Positions 10,390-20,045 of a stretch of 64,000 nt of DNA are shown piece by piece (the first letter of the stretch is position 1; the number at the start of each line of letters is the position of its first letter). The position numbers and the translations under genes are program-made. The stretch is from positions 1,408,001 through 1,472,000 of the forward strand of contig CAWDSK010000003.1 of assembly GCA_963804995.1 (NCBI GenBank), in the 5' to 3' direction. Under the pieces are notes generated by a model, which saw only the letters and a program-made list of their open reading frames with translations, made no database searches and was not told the DNA's origin. Origin of the DNA: an uncultured Acidobacteriota bacterium. Lineage in GTDB: Bacteria > Acidobacteriota > Terriglobia > UBA7540.

Positions 10390-11292
10390 TCAAACTTTGT
10401 ATCCCTTCCTTTGCAGCATGGGCGTAAGCAGGCGGCGCAGGTTGCCTCCCAGGATGAGCTCCTTGTGGGCATCAGGGATGTTTGCGCCCAGAACCTTAGC
10501 CATTTGGGACGCGTAGCTCCGGCCACCCTCGTCAGTGCCGTAAATGACTCTTTCCGGACCGAGCTCGCGCACGGCCATTTCCACGAAGCCGGAGGTGGGA
10601 TCCGATCCCGCGATCCCACAGTACACGTTCTTGGTGGAACGGATGGCGCGAATTCCCAGCTCCCAATTGCCTCCCGTGTGCGCGCAGACGATCTGAAGTT
10701 TGGGGTGCCGCTTGGCAAGTTCGACCACGTCCATGGGTGTGGATTCATTAGGCTCATTACCCTGCGTCTTCAGCCACTCGTGTTGCAGGATTACCACATC
10801 CATGGCGACCGCCCGCTCGGCAATGGGATCCATATCCGGGATGTTGCAGCGGGCGTCCGCTTCAATCTCACCGATCATAATCATCGGTCCGTCGCGTACG
10901 CAGCGATCAAATTCCTGCAAACTGAACTCCAGCTTCTCAGGAGTCAAATAGACGGAGCCATAGGCGCGGTCAGGAAAGGCTTTTACCGCGCGCATCACCC
11001 GATCGTTCTCTTCACGAAAATTTTCCTCGGTAGGGTGCTCCATGGAAGAGTAGCCCTGCGAAAGGATGAGCCGCTCGACGCCCACTCGGTCCATGCACTT
11101 CACCAGGAACGCCATGCGCTCTTCGGGGGTGTCGCCGGGGACTTGACCCATATGGCTGTGCTGGCTCCAGATGCGAAAACGCTTACCGGGCGCCGCAGGG
11201 TCCATGTCCCAGGGTTCGGCGTGAGCCAGAGCCAACGATGCCCCCGCCGCAATACCTTTGAGCAATGACCGCCTGGTGAGCGTCATGGTCAT
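10390..11292 (-). CDS. Amidohydrolase_2 family protein (tandem copy 1), Tat leader
   Basis: TRRSLLK leader; HSH, CAHTGG, YGTD and ILGGNL motifs. Confidence 0.85.
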   Translation of the reverse strand: MTMTLTRRSLLKGIAAGASLALAHAEPWDMDPAAPGKRFRIWSQHSHMGQVPGDTPEERMAFLVKCMDRVGVERLILSQGYSSMEHPTEENFREENDRVMRAVKAFPDRAYGSVYLTPEKLEFSLQEFDRCVRDGPMIMIGEIEADARCNIPDMDPIAERAVAMDVVILQHEWLKTQGNEPNESTPMDVVELAKRHPKLQIVCAHTGGNWELGIRAIRSTKNVYCGIAGSDPTSGFVEMAVRELGPERVIYGTDEGGRSYASQMAKVLGANIPDAHKELILGGNLRRLLTPMLQRKGYKV

Positions 11293-11298
11293 CTCCTC

Positions 11299-13734
11299 CT
11301 AATGGCCTATGTTGTGACAAGTATCGCACGTAACCGGCGCCTTGTGCAGTTTATGGCAATCCACACAGGCGACCATTGAAACATCCTTCTCCTGCCACAG
11401 ATGGTCCCGGTCCTTCACCGGGCTATGGCACACCGCGCATTCCACCTTGGCGCTCAGGTGTTTCTGGTGACTAAAGAAAACAAAATTGGGAAGTTTATAC
11501 AATCGATTCCAGGAAAGCGGCTGGTGGTCATTCTCAAGTTGAGCGAGTTTCTGGATCTCGGGGCTGTCGGTTTTGACACTTTGATGACAGGCCATGCATT
11601 CAGCGACGCCTGGAATTTGCAGCTTTTCGCCAGCCCCCACTGCCTGGTGACACCCCTCACATTCCATTCCTCCCTGCACATGCAGTTGGTGGTTAAACGG
11701 AATTGGCTGCAACAACGGGTGGCTGGGTTCTTTTAAATCCTCCGGCTCTCGCCCCGGCCCTGGTGAAATCGTCCGGGGCTGTTTTGCCAAGCTTGCCGGG
11801 CTGGTCACTCCCTTGGGGAACAGCGTGTAGGCGGCCAGAACCGTCGGGGCCGTGGTGTCGGTATTGAAATACCCTCCCGGCCCGACGGCAATCACGACGA
11901 ATTGCCTTTTCGTTTTTGCCCCCAAATAAGTCATGGGAGTGGCGTGCCCGTTGGATTCGAGCTGGGTGACCCAGACCTCGTCTCCTGTCTTGGCATCGAA
12001 CGCCCGGAAGCGGTGGTCATTCGTTCCGGCTATGAACACCAGCCCACCTGCCGTGGCAATAGACCCTCCGAGGCTGTAGATACCGGTTTTGGGAATCCCC
12101 TTCGCGACCAGTTCATCCACAACCCCCAGCGGAACCTTCCAGGCCAGCTTGCCGGTTTTCAAATCGACGGCGTTCAGGTCTCCCCAGGGCGGCTGCTGAC
12201 AGGGGTAATGATGGTCATCCCATAAGCGCGCATAACCTCCCCACTTGCTGGTGCGGACGTAAGGCTCTTCAGACTCCGGCCGCCCCGGGCTCATCTGCCC
12301 GACGGCGCCGACTTCGCTCACATTGACGAAGAGATAGTCCAGCGCGGGATTGAACGAAACGCCTGACCAATTGCCGCCGCCGAGCGAACCTGGAATAACC
12401 AGGGTAAGTTCCTCCAAGCCCCAGGGCTTAAAGATCTGGGCAGGCAGGGCGGACCCAAAGTTATCGAGGCAGTACTGGCGCGATTCCGGAGTGACCGTGG
12501 TGATGTCATCCAACGTTACCGACGTCTTGGCAAGCTGCAAGGATTGAATGGGGAAGGGTTGCGTGGGCCAAGTCGCCTCGCCGGGCACCACACTTTGCTT
12601 CACCGGGCGCTCTTCAATGGGATAGAGCGGCTTGCCGGTCAGGCGGTCGAACAGGTACAGGAATCCCATCTTGGTTGTTTCCGCCACAGCCGGAATGTCC
12701 TTTCCATCGCGGCGGACGGTTACCAAGCTAGGCGCGCCTGAAACGTCGTAATCCCAAATGTCATGATGCACCATCTGGAAATACCAGATTAGTTTCCCGG
12801 TCGCGGCGTCAAGCGCCACCAGGGAATTGCCGAAGAGGCCTTGGCCCTTGCGGTCGGCGCCATAAAAGTCATACGAAGGTGACCCGAGGGGAACGAAAAC
12901 CATTCCGTGCTCTGTATCCACCGACATGATGGACCAAGCGTTGGTTCCCGAGCGATCGACCCAGGAGTCGCCTTCCCAGGTTTCGTGCCCCAATTCCCCC
13001 GGCCTCGGCACGGTGTGGAATGTCCAGACCAGCTTGCCTGTCCGCACATCGAAAGCGCGAATATCTCCGGCCGGCCCTTTGGAGGGAATCTCCTGGAGAC
13101 CGGTTCCGACCATCACCAGGTCTTTGTAGATGACGGGAGGCGAAGTGGGTTCGTACCTTCCGTTAGGAAACTTGTCCGCAACGCCCACGCGAAGATTAAT
13201 GGCGCCGTCGTCTCCGAAGCCCTTGCAAGGCTGGCCGGTTTGAGGGTTCAACGCAAAGAGGTGCCCATCCATAGTGAAATAAAGGAGGCGCTTGTCGGTC
13301 TGGTGTTCCTTGCCGCCGCAGGTTACGGGCGAGGTTCCCTCCCAGTAGGCCATGCCACGATTGGGCGCCGGACGGCGCGTCTCTCCCTTGCCGTAAAAGG
13401 GATCGAAAACCCAGATTTCCTTTCCCGTGTCTCCATCCACCGCGATGGCGCGGCTCTGAGGCGTGGTGAAATAAAGCACGCCATTAACCATCAAGGGGGT
13501 GCTTTCGAAGGCGTCGATTCCACTGTTGGCAGTGCGCTTCAGTTCGTAGGTCCAGGCCCTTTGCAATTGCCGGACATTCGACCGGTTAATCTGCGTGAGC
13601 GGCGAGAATCTTGCGTCGCCCGCGTCATGGCCGTAGTAACGCCACTCCGTACCGGCCGATCCCGTCGAAGCTTGCCCGAAGGCAATGCCGCAGGTTGGAA
13701 CCAAACAAAGCAGAAGGTATAGGAGTCGCCTCAT
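11299..13734 (-). CDS. PQQ-dependent (glucose/quinate-type) dehydrogenase fused to a C-terminal pentaheme cytochrome c domain
   Basis: PQQ propeller motifs (YGHD..RFSPL-x-QIN, STPL, HHDIWDYD, PPWG-x-L-x-A-x-D, ATPMTY), followed by five CxxCH motifs (CEGCH, CMACH, CAVCH, CVDCH, CDTCH) at about 11302-11709. Start placed at ATG 13734 with a GAGG RBS. Confidence 0.88.
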   Translation of the reverse strand: MRRLLYLLLCLVPTCGIAFGQASTGSAGTEWRYYGHDAGDARFSPLTQINRSNVRQLQRAWTYELKRTANSGIDAFESTPLMVNGVLYFTTPQSRAIAVDGDTGKEIWVFDPFYGKGETRRPAPNRGMAYWEGTSPVTCGGKEHQTDKRLLYFTMDGHLFALNPQTGQPCKGFGDDGAINLRVGVADKFPNGRYEPTSPPVIYKDLVMVGTGLQEIPSKGPAGDIRAFDVRTGKLVWTFHTVPRPGELGHETWEGDSWVDRSGTNAWSIMSVDTEHGMVFVPLGSPSYDFYGADRKGQGLFGNSLVALDAATGKLIWYFQMVHHDIWDYDVSGAPSLVTVRRDGKDIPAVAETTKMGFLYLFDRLTGKPLYPIEERPVKQSVVPGEATWPTQPFPIQSLQLAKTSVTLDDITTVTPESRQYCLDNFGSALPAQIFKPWGLEELTLVIPGSLGGGNWSGVSFNPALDYLFVNVSEVGAVGQMSPGRPESEEPYVRTSKWGGYARLWDDHHYPCQQPPWGDLNAVDLKTGKLAWKVPLGVVDELVAKGIPKTGIYSLGGSIATAGGLVFIAGTNDHRFRAFDAKTGDEVWVTQLESNGHATPMTYLGAKTKRQFVVIAVGPGGYFNTDTTAPTVLAAYTLFPKGVTSPASLAKQPRTISPGPGREPEDLKEPSHPLLQPIPFNHQLHVQGGMECEGCHQAVGAGEKLQIPGVAECMACHQSVKTDSPEIQKLAQLENDHQPLSWNRLYKLPNFVFFSHQKHLSAKVECAVCHSPVKDRDHLWQEKDVSMVACVDCHKLHKAPVTCDTCHNIGH

Positions 13735-13932
13735 GGACGTGTGCCTCTTCAGACTGGCGTGGATCGCCACGTGATTAGTTGTTGCAAAGCGGAAGATGGT
13801 GTTCCCTGAATGCTCGTGTGTTGTTAGCCTGACCCTGCCGCGAGCTGCTCATTAAAACACTTTCGCTACGGCACGGCAACTGGAACTAAGCACGAAATCT
13901 GATCTGATCGCTGGGTGGTAAACCAATGCAGG

Positions 13933-16290
13933 CTAGTTTTCGCGGTTGATAGTGACCTTCTTCCACGACCCGCCCAGTTCGATCGCTTCCCTGCTTGCAT
14001 CCCATTTCCAGTTATCTGTTCCAGAGACCGTTACTTTGGGCGTCGTACCGGCTGGGGTTGGCGGTAGGCGGAAAAATACTCTCAATTCTGGGTGTGGCGA
14101 CTCAAGTTCAACCTGCGCCCTGAGCCCGTTCGCAAGTGGCGTCACCTCAAAGCTCACCGCTCCCCAGCGTGTGGGAATGCGGTCAGCGGAAAACCCGTCC
14201 TCAAACCATTTCCTTGGCGCCGCCCGTGCCAGCCACAACTCCTGCTTGTCCCATGGCTCCCACACCAACATCCACCGCAGTAGCTGCGGCACCACCAATT
14301 GCGCCGGCACGCAGTAGTCGCTCGAATAATCCCGCTTGCCATCACCTTTTATCGCCACTGACTCGTAGGCCGTAAAGGTTCCCGGTGTCTGGTGAAATGC
14401 CAGGTGGCCGTAAAATCCCAGGAGGTAATGCGATGTCTGATCGCCCTCGATCAGCCCCCACGCGTAATGGGCGTACGGCCAGTCATCCAGAACATCTTCG
14501 AAGCGAGTCGTTCCTGCCAGCTCTCCGCCGTGGGTCGTCCGGTACTGGATGATCGCATCCCGCATGTCGGGCGTCAGCATGCCTGCGGACAGCATCTCCG
14601 GCCAGTACCGGTAATTCGTATAGGAGGCGATCTCGTCGTTGGTCATGCGGCCGAATGGCTCTGCCAAACCAGCAATCGGCGGAAGAAAAGGCGGGACCGT
14701 TTCTTTCCTCAACGCCCGTCGCAAAGCCGTTTGGACGTCCCCCTGAAAAGTCTCTGCATCTTCGAGCAGGCTCTTCCCAAGCTGCGTGACAGCAGCATCC
14801 CCTGCCCGGCGTCCCTCATCACTCAGCAGGTTTGCCAGTTCCTCCAGCCCGCGCCAGCACCAAACGTCGCTCGAGAAATAAAACTTCGTGTCGTGGCGAG
14901 TATCGGCCTCCGCCGATCCGAAAAGCAGGCCGTAATAGGGTGACCCAGGCGGAAAGCGTTTGCGGCTGGCATCCATCTGCGCCCGTAGCGAATCGGCAAT
15001 CCGTTCGAGTGCCGGCAGGTGTTCTCGCAGCCAACCCGTATCATCGGTCACCCGGACGTACTGGACCGCCAGCGCCAGCATCTGCCCATATTCAGAAATC
15101 GCCGGCCCGTAGTAATCAAAGGTTCCGTCTGGCTTCACATAGTGGGAAAGATAATATCCGAGGCGTGCCTTGACTTCCTCCTTAAATCCCCAATCCAACA
15201 GGCACCGATTCAGAAGAATCGTGGTGGGAGGGAAGGTATCGTGCTGATCGGCCCAGTACGTACCCGCTCCGTACTTGGGATGAAGCCCGACCTCCGAAAT
15301 CAATGCCCGCACGATCGCCGCCTTGCTCGTATCGTTCACCCGAGCCTCAGGAACCTCTAACCGAATTCCCTCCGCAAAGAACCTTTCCCACTCCTGGTGC
15401 ACGCGCAGGAGTGCTTGGTAAAACCCAGTTCCATTCTCAGTTGGCGGGAGCCCCGGCAGCCGCCAATAAGTTCGCTTTCCGCCTGCGGAGCGCAAACGGA
15501 CGTAAGTTGCCAGTTCGGCCTGGCCGGTCGAAAAAGCAATCTCCTCCCAACCTGCGTGCGCGGCGGCATCGAAGAAACCATAATCAATGACCGGCAGGTA
15601 CCGCCCGATCAGGCCTTGCTTAGTGACTGCTGACGCGAGACTCGGATTTCCGAGAACGCTGGCTGGGTCAAACAGCACCTTCTCCAACTGACGCTCCCGC
15701 ACGCCAAACCCCAGACGCCCATCCGGCCACACGATGACCTTCTGGCGCGAGGTCGTTGTCCCCAGAAACGTATAGGCCTCGATTGGCGGAAGGAGGCCGG
15801 CAGCGGCTTCGTAGGAAGGGTCTTGTCCCTTGGCGAGAATCTCCTGGCCCAGCACATCCTCTTGGGCGCTGAGGATCCGATCGAAATACTGTGGCGGGAA
15901 AGTATTCGCGGGGCGCAAGCTATTCAGTTCGCCGACGGCCTTGCGTAATGTGGCGACCAGCCCTGCCATCCCTACGTAGCCCAGGACGCCCCAGCGGTGA
16001 AAATCCCTCTCCAACACCGCTAGCGGTGCTGCTTGGGGAATAATGCCCACCAGCTCCCAACCGCGGTATCGGTCCCCCACGCGCAGTGCACGCGAGGATT
16101 CACCCGGCCATTTCAGCACTATTTGGTGCGCCTGCAATTCCACCAGGCGAGGCCAGACAAGAGTACGGTTTTCCGCCGCCTCTTCAGCCGGGTAGAATTC
16201 ATCTGCTCCCGGCTTGGCGAACCCTGATAGCTGGCCGACCACCATGAGGGCCGCAGCAAAAACAATAAAGTGGGGTTTGAGGCGGTTCAT
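13933..16290 (-). CDS. Secreted hypothetical protein, probable (alpha/alpha)6 six-hairpin glycosidase-like
   Basis: 785-aa ORF with signal peptide. Helical core (EYGQ, GD..WL..H, GLL-x-G-x-x-E-A-D) and a C-terminal 'LARAAPRKWF..PTRWG-x-VSF' beta module are typical of GH-like proteins. Confidence 0.55.
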   Translation of the reverse strand: MNRLKPHFIVFAAALMVVGQLSGFAKPGADEFYPAEEAAENRTLVWPRLVELQAHQIVLKWPGESSRALRVGDRYRGWELVGIIPQAAPLAVLERDFHRWGVLGYVGMAGLVATLRKAVGELNSLRPANTFPPQYFDRILSAQEDVLGQEILAKGQDPSYEAAAGLLPPIEAYTFLGTTTSRQKVIVWPDGRLGFGVRERQLEKVLFDPASVLGNPSLASAVTKQGLIGRYLPVIDYGFFDAAAHAGWEEIAFSTGQAELATYVRLRSAGGKRTYWRLPGLPPTENGTGFYQALLRVHQEWERFFAEGIRLEVPEARVNDTSKAAIVRALISEVGLHPKYGAGTYWADQHDTFPPTTILLNRCLLDWGFKEEVKARLGYYLSHYVKPDGTFDYYGPAISEYGQMLALAVQYVRVTDDTGWLREHLPALERIADSLRAQMDASRKRFPPGSPYYGLLFGSAEADTRHDTKFYFSSDVWCWRGLEELANLLSDEGRRAGDAAVTQLGKSLLEDAETFQGDVQTALRRALRKETVPPFLPPIAGLAEPFGRMTNDEIASYTNYRYWPEMLSAGMLTPDMRDAIIQYRTTHGGELAGTTRFEDVLDDWPYAHYAWGLIEGDQTSHYLLGFYGHLAFHQTPGTFTAYESVAIKGDGKRDYSSDYCVPAQLVVPQLLRWMLVWEPWDKQELWLARAAPRKWFEDGFSADRIPTRWGAVSFEVTPLANGLRAQVELESPHPELRVFFRLPPTPAGTTPKVTVSGTDNWKWDASREAIELGGSWKKVTINREN

Positions 16291-16437
16291 TCGTGAAGCT
16301 CGGGACAGTCTTTCAGCGATCCTTAACTTGTGGTTTCTTGCCAGTGGATTTAGTGTGGCGCGCCGTGACCCTTCCTCAGCATTCTGCTCGAATAATTGCG
16401 CCGTGGCCGGGCTGGAACAACTTCCCAGAATTATCTA

Positions 16438-17598
16438 TCAGACTTTAATGAAGATTCGCTTCTTATACATCACAGCCAGTATTGCCAGCCACAGTAATAC
16501 GTAGGTAAAGGCGAACAACTCCGAGCCATGCAAGGGACCGGCCCAGGAAGCAAAGACTCTGGAATAAATCAGCGTATACAAAGAGACCTCGCCGCCCGCC
16601 TGGCTCAGCTTTATATCTTCCAGAGTGTTGTGAAGAAGGATTGTCCCCATCCAGACCGTGAGGGAATTAACCCCGAAGATGACGAACGGTTTCGTCCACC
16701 AGGTGACCTTTTTAACGTCCACCAGATAATAGCAGCCGGCGAAGATCACCATCGCCATACCACACATGAAGACCACCAGAGAGCTCGTCCAGAGGTGTTG
16801 ATTAATTGGGAACCAAACGCTCCACAGAATTCCGAGAAACATCCCCACATTCCCGAGCAAGAAGAAATCCGCGATTTTCTCGAGGGCCGCGCGAGATGAC
16901 CTGAGGTACTGTCCCACCAGCACCCCAATCAGGCAGTTGGCAATAGCGGGCAGCGTGCTCAACAGGCCTTTCGATTCAAAGTTTGCGCTTTGCATATGGC
17001 CCGCCATAAGATGAAGGTCGATATACTGTACCCAGTTACCGTTTTCCTCCAGGATGCCGGCGCCGTGGCCGGGAACCGGCACGAATTTCATCCAGATAAA
17101 ATAGAATACGAGGAGCGATGCGGTAATAAGAGCTTGTCCACGCTCCTTCACGTTCAGATAAATCACGGAGGTAAAGAGGTAGCACAGGGCGATTCTTTGC
17201 AAGATTCCCATAATGCGCAGGGTGGAAAGATGGAACCAGGGAAAGCCGTTCAGGAAGAGACCCAGGGCGAACAGGATGACCGCACGGGATAGGATATGAA
17301 TGTAGAGCTTTCTCTTGTTTTCCCCACGTTCAAGCCGGCCGGCAAACGCGTAGGGAATGGCCACTCCCACAATGAAAAGGAAAAAAGGGAAAACCAGATC
17401 GGTAGGGGTCCACCCGTGCCACCCGGCATGTAGGAATGGTGGATACCCAAGGTTCGGATCTCCATGATCGTTGACGAAAGTCATCAACACCAGAGTAATG
17501 CCGCGAAAAACGTCCAGGGAAAGCAACCGCTCCTTGACACGCGCCGGAGGAGGGGGTGATACCACAGGAATGGCAACTGGCTCCGTTACGGTGCTCAT
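16438..17598 (-). CDS. Heparan-alpha-glucosaminide N-acetyltransferase-like membrane protein (DUF5009/NagX-like)
   Basis: RLLSLDVFRG, H-x-x-W-H-G-x-T-x-T-D-L-V-F-P-F-F, GILQRIAL, PIN-x-x-LWTSS; multiple TM segments. Confidence 0.88.
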   Translation of the reverse strand: MSTVTEPVAIPVVSPPPPARVKERLLSLDVFRGITLVLMTFVNDHGDPNLGYPPFLHAGWHGWTPTDLVFPFFLFIVGVAIPYAFAGRLERGENKRKLYIHILSRAVILFALGLFLNGFPWFHLSTLRIMGILQRIALCYLFTSVIYLNVKERGQALITASLLVFYFIWMKFVPVPGHGAGILEENGNWVQYIDLHLMAGHMQSANFESKGLLSTLPAIANCLIGVLVGQYLRSSRAALEKIADFFLLGNVGMFLGILWSVWFPINQHLWTSSLVVFMCGMAMVIFAGCYYLVDVKKVTWWTKPFVIFGVNSLTVWMGTILLHNTLEDIKLSQAGGEVSLYTLIYSRVFASWAGPLHGSELFAFTYVLLWLAILAVMYKKRIFIKV

Positions 17599-17840
17599 AG
17601 CCGTCTCCGAATTGAAGGGATTCAGGGCCTCAAACCGCTTTTCCGAACCTTGCCGCGAAGCAATCCGTCGCCCCTGGTTCGGGCAAGCGCCGCCATCATA
17701 CATTATTCGCTTGGGCAAGGGAATCGGATGCGTGTATGGTTAGCGCGTGATCAGGCGGTTGGCCGTGAGGTTAGGGTCAGACCACTTGCATTTCTAGTTG
17801 AATGAGGATCCTGCCGAAATTCTAAATGGAGGTTGGATTA

Positions 17841-20045
17841 ATGGAAATGATCAGCCGACGTGAACTCTTCGAGCGCGTGGGTGTGGGTGCGGTAGTAACC
17901 ACGCTTGGAAAGAACGTGGGTTACGCCGTGGCCCCGGCTGCGAGCGAAGTATCTTCTTCTCTAAAACCTTCTTCTGAGTGGATCCGGTCCGCCCGGCTGT
18001 TAATCGCCGAGGCTTACTGCCCGCCCTTTTACCCTTCCCTCGACTACGACCCGGAAAAGGCCCTGGCCATCGCTCGCCGCCTGAACTGCGATTCAATCCG
18101 TTATCCTACGTTTTCGTATGTGTCGTTTTTTCCAACCAAAACCAGACTTCCGCACCACCCTGAACTGGGCACGAAAGACCCCTTCCAGCGCACGATGGAA
18201 CTGTTTCATGGCGCCGGCCTGAAGGTGGTGGCCTACAACCCGCTCATTCATCCCTTCATGGACGTGCACTCGAACAATCCCGATTATCCAGATTGGATGC
18301 GCTACGGCGCGGATGGCAAACCCTACATCACCCGGCATCTGGGGTGGACTGAATTTTACGAAGGGTGCGTGAACAGCCCCCTGCGCGATCAGGTCAAGGA
18401 ACGAGTCAGGGAAGTTGTCACCAACTATCCCGTCGATATGATGTACTTCGATGGCCCCTATGAGGGTATGGATCAGAGCTTGCGTTATTGCCATTGCCAA
18501 TATTGCAAAGCAGCCTACCAGAAGGCGCGGGGGAAAAACATTCCCTTGCAAAACGGCGCCGACACCTTGGAAGACCTTATCGAATACGAGCAGTGGATGA
18601 CGGAAGACGTTGTCCTGGCTTTCATGCAGCAGATTTGCGACATGGTGCGCAAGGTGCGCGACGTGCCCATTGTGTACAACGATACGGATCTGTTGAATCA
18701 CGACGTGAGGGCGCGGGCGTTCCGCTCTACGGATGGCTTCATGTTCGAGGCGGCCGACACGCCGGAGGAGAAGCTCTTTAATATGCGCCTCGGCCAATCC
18801 ACCGGCAAAGTGATTTGGACCTACGTCAGCTCGCATACGGAATACAATTGCGAGCACCTTAAGGACAAATCCATGCGCGGGTGGTACAGCACTTCGGTGG
18901 ACGGTGAGCGCTTGAAGCTGGATGCGGCCGTGGCCACCGCCGCCGGCGTCGGCTATTGTTACTGGGGCCTGAATCGCCTCTTCTACTCGACGGAAGACGT
19001 CCTGAACGACCCCTCCATTCGGGGCATGAAACAGGTCTTCGATTTTGCTCAGCAGAATAAACAACTCCTCATGTCCGTCCACCCCGTCCCCCAGGCGGGA
19101 ATCCTGGTGGGAACGCAGACCTTTTCGTGGTACCGGAGCGATATGTTTGTTCCGGACTCATATTGGAACTACTATTACGGTGCTTGTCAACTCCTGAAGG
19201 ACCTCGCTTACGATGCGGAACCTTTTCTGGATTTTGAAACCACGGCAGACCGTTTGGCAAAATACCAGCTCGTCTATGTGCCCAACGCTCCCTGCTTGAG
19301 TGCGGCCCAGTGCGCCCTGCTGGCAAGTTTCGTAGAGGCCGGCGGCACCCTGGTGGCGACTCACCTGACCTCAGTGGCAGACGAATACGGAAGGCTGCGT
19401 CACAATTACGGCCTTTCCGAGCTCCTCGGCGCCAGCTTCAAGTCAGTGGAGCCCGAGGAACATCCGGATCTGTACCTGCGCATTCTCTCGACTGGTGAGC
19501 TTATTCCGCAAGATCCCCAGGTGATGTCATTTGAAGCGACGGGCGGGTCAGAGGCAATCGCGGAAACCTTCGATCGTGGCCATCGCCGCGCGCTCGGGCC
19601 GGCGGTCATCTCCCGCCAGCATGGCAAAGGCCGGGCGATTTATATTGGCTCCGGCCTCGAGGCTGTCTATCTGGAAACTCTGAACAAGTCTATCCGCGGT
19701 TACTTCCACTCGTTGTTGGATCCGATCTTGGGACCCTCACGAACCTATGAAGTTGACTACCGCGCCGGCCTGATGACCCAGTTCACCGTTTCACAAAACG
19801 CTTTGCTCTTGCACTTGATTGCCAATACTGGAAGTATTTGGAAGAAGCTCCTTGTGCAGGAGGAATTCTTGCCACTCCCCAATGTGCAAGTACGCCTTCG
19901 CCTCCCCCAGGGCCGGACCGCGAAATCCGTGACGCTAATGTGGAGCCGGGCAACGCCGGCCTGGAAGGTACGGGATGGCTGGGTCGAACTCACCGTTCCC
20001 CAGGTGCACCCTTACGAAGTGGTCCATGTGGATCTTAGCGCATGA
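17841..20045 (+). CDS. Putative glycoside hydrolase (GHL6-like TIM barrel plus beta-galactosidase trimerization domain), Tat leader
   Basis: SRRELF leader; YPVD-x-x-YFDG, CHCQYC, and a GATase-like 'YQLVYVPNAPCLS..FVEAGGTLVAT' domain. Confidence 0.7.
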   Translation: MEMISRRELFERVGVGAVVTTLGKNVGYAVAPAASEVSSSLKPSSEWIRSARLLIAEAYCPPFYPSLDYDPEKALAIARRLNCDSIRYPTFSYVSFFPTKTRLPHHPELGTKDPFQRTMELFHGAGLKVVAYNPLIHPFMDVHSNNPDYPDWMRYGADGKPYITRHLGWTEFYEGCVNSPLRDQVKERVREVVTNYPVDMMYFDGPYEGMDQSLRYCHCQYCKAAYQKARGKNIPLQNGADTLEDLIEYEQWMTEDVVLAFMQQICDMVRKVRDVPIVYNDTDLLNHDVRARAFRSTDGFMFEAADTPEEKLFNMRLGQSTGKVIWTYVSSHTEYNCEHLKDKSMRGWYSTSVDGERLKLDAAVATAAGVGYCYWGLNRLFYSTEDVLNDPSIRGMKQVFDFAQQNKQLLMSVHPVPQAGILVGTQTFSWYRSDMFVPDSYWNYYYGACQLLKDLAYDAEPFLDFETTADRLAKYQLVYVPNAPCLSAAQCALLASFVEAGGTLVATHLTSVADEYGRLRHNYGLSELLGASFKSVEPEEHPDLYLRILSTGELIPQDPQVMSFEATGGSEAIAETFDRGHRRALGPAVISRQHGKGRAIYIGSGLEAVYLETLNKSIRGYFHSLLDPILGPSRTYEVDYRAGLMTQFTVSQNALLLHLIANTGSIWKKLLVQEEFLPLPNVQVRLRLPQGRTAKSVTLMWSRATPAWKVRDGWVELTVPQVHPYEVVHVDLSA

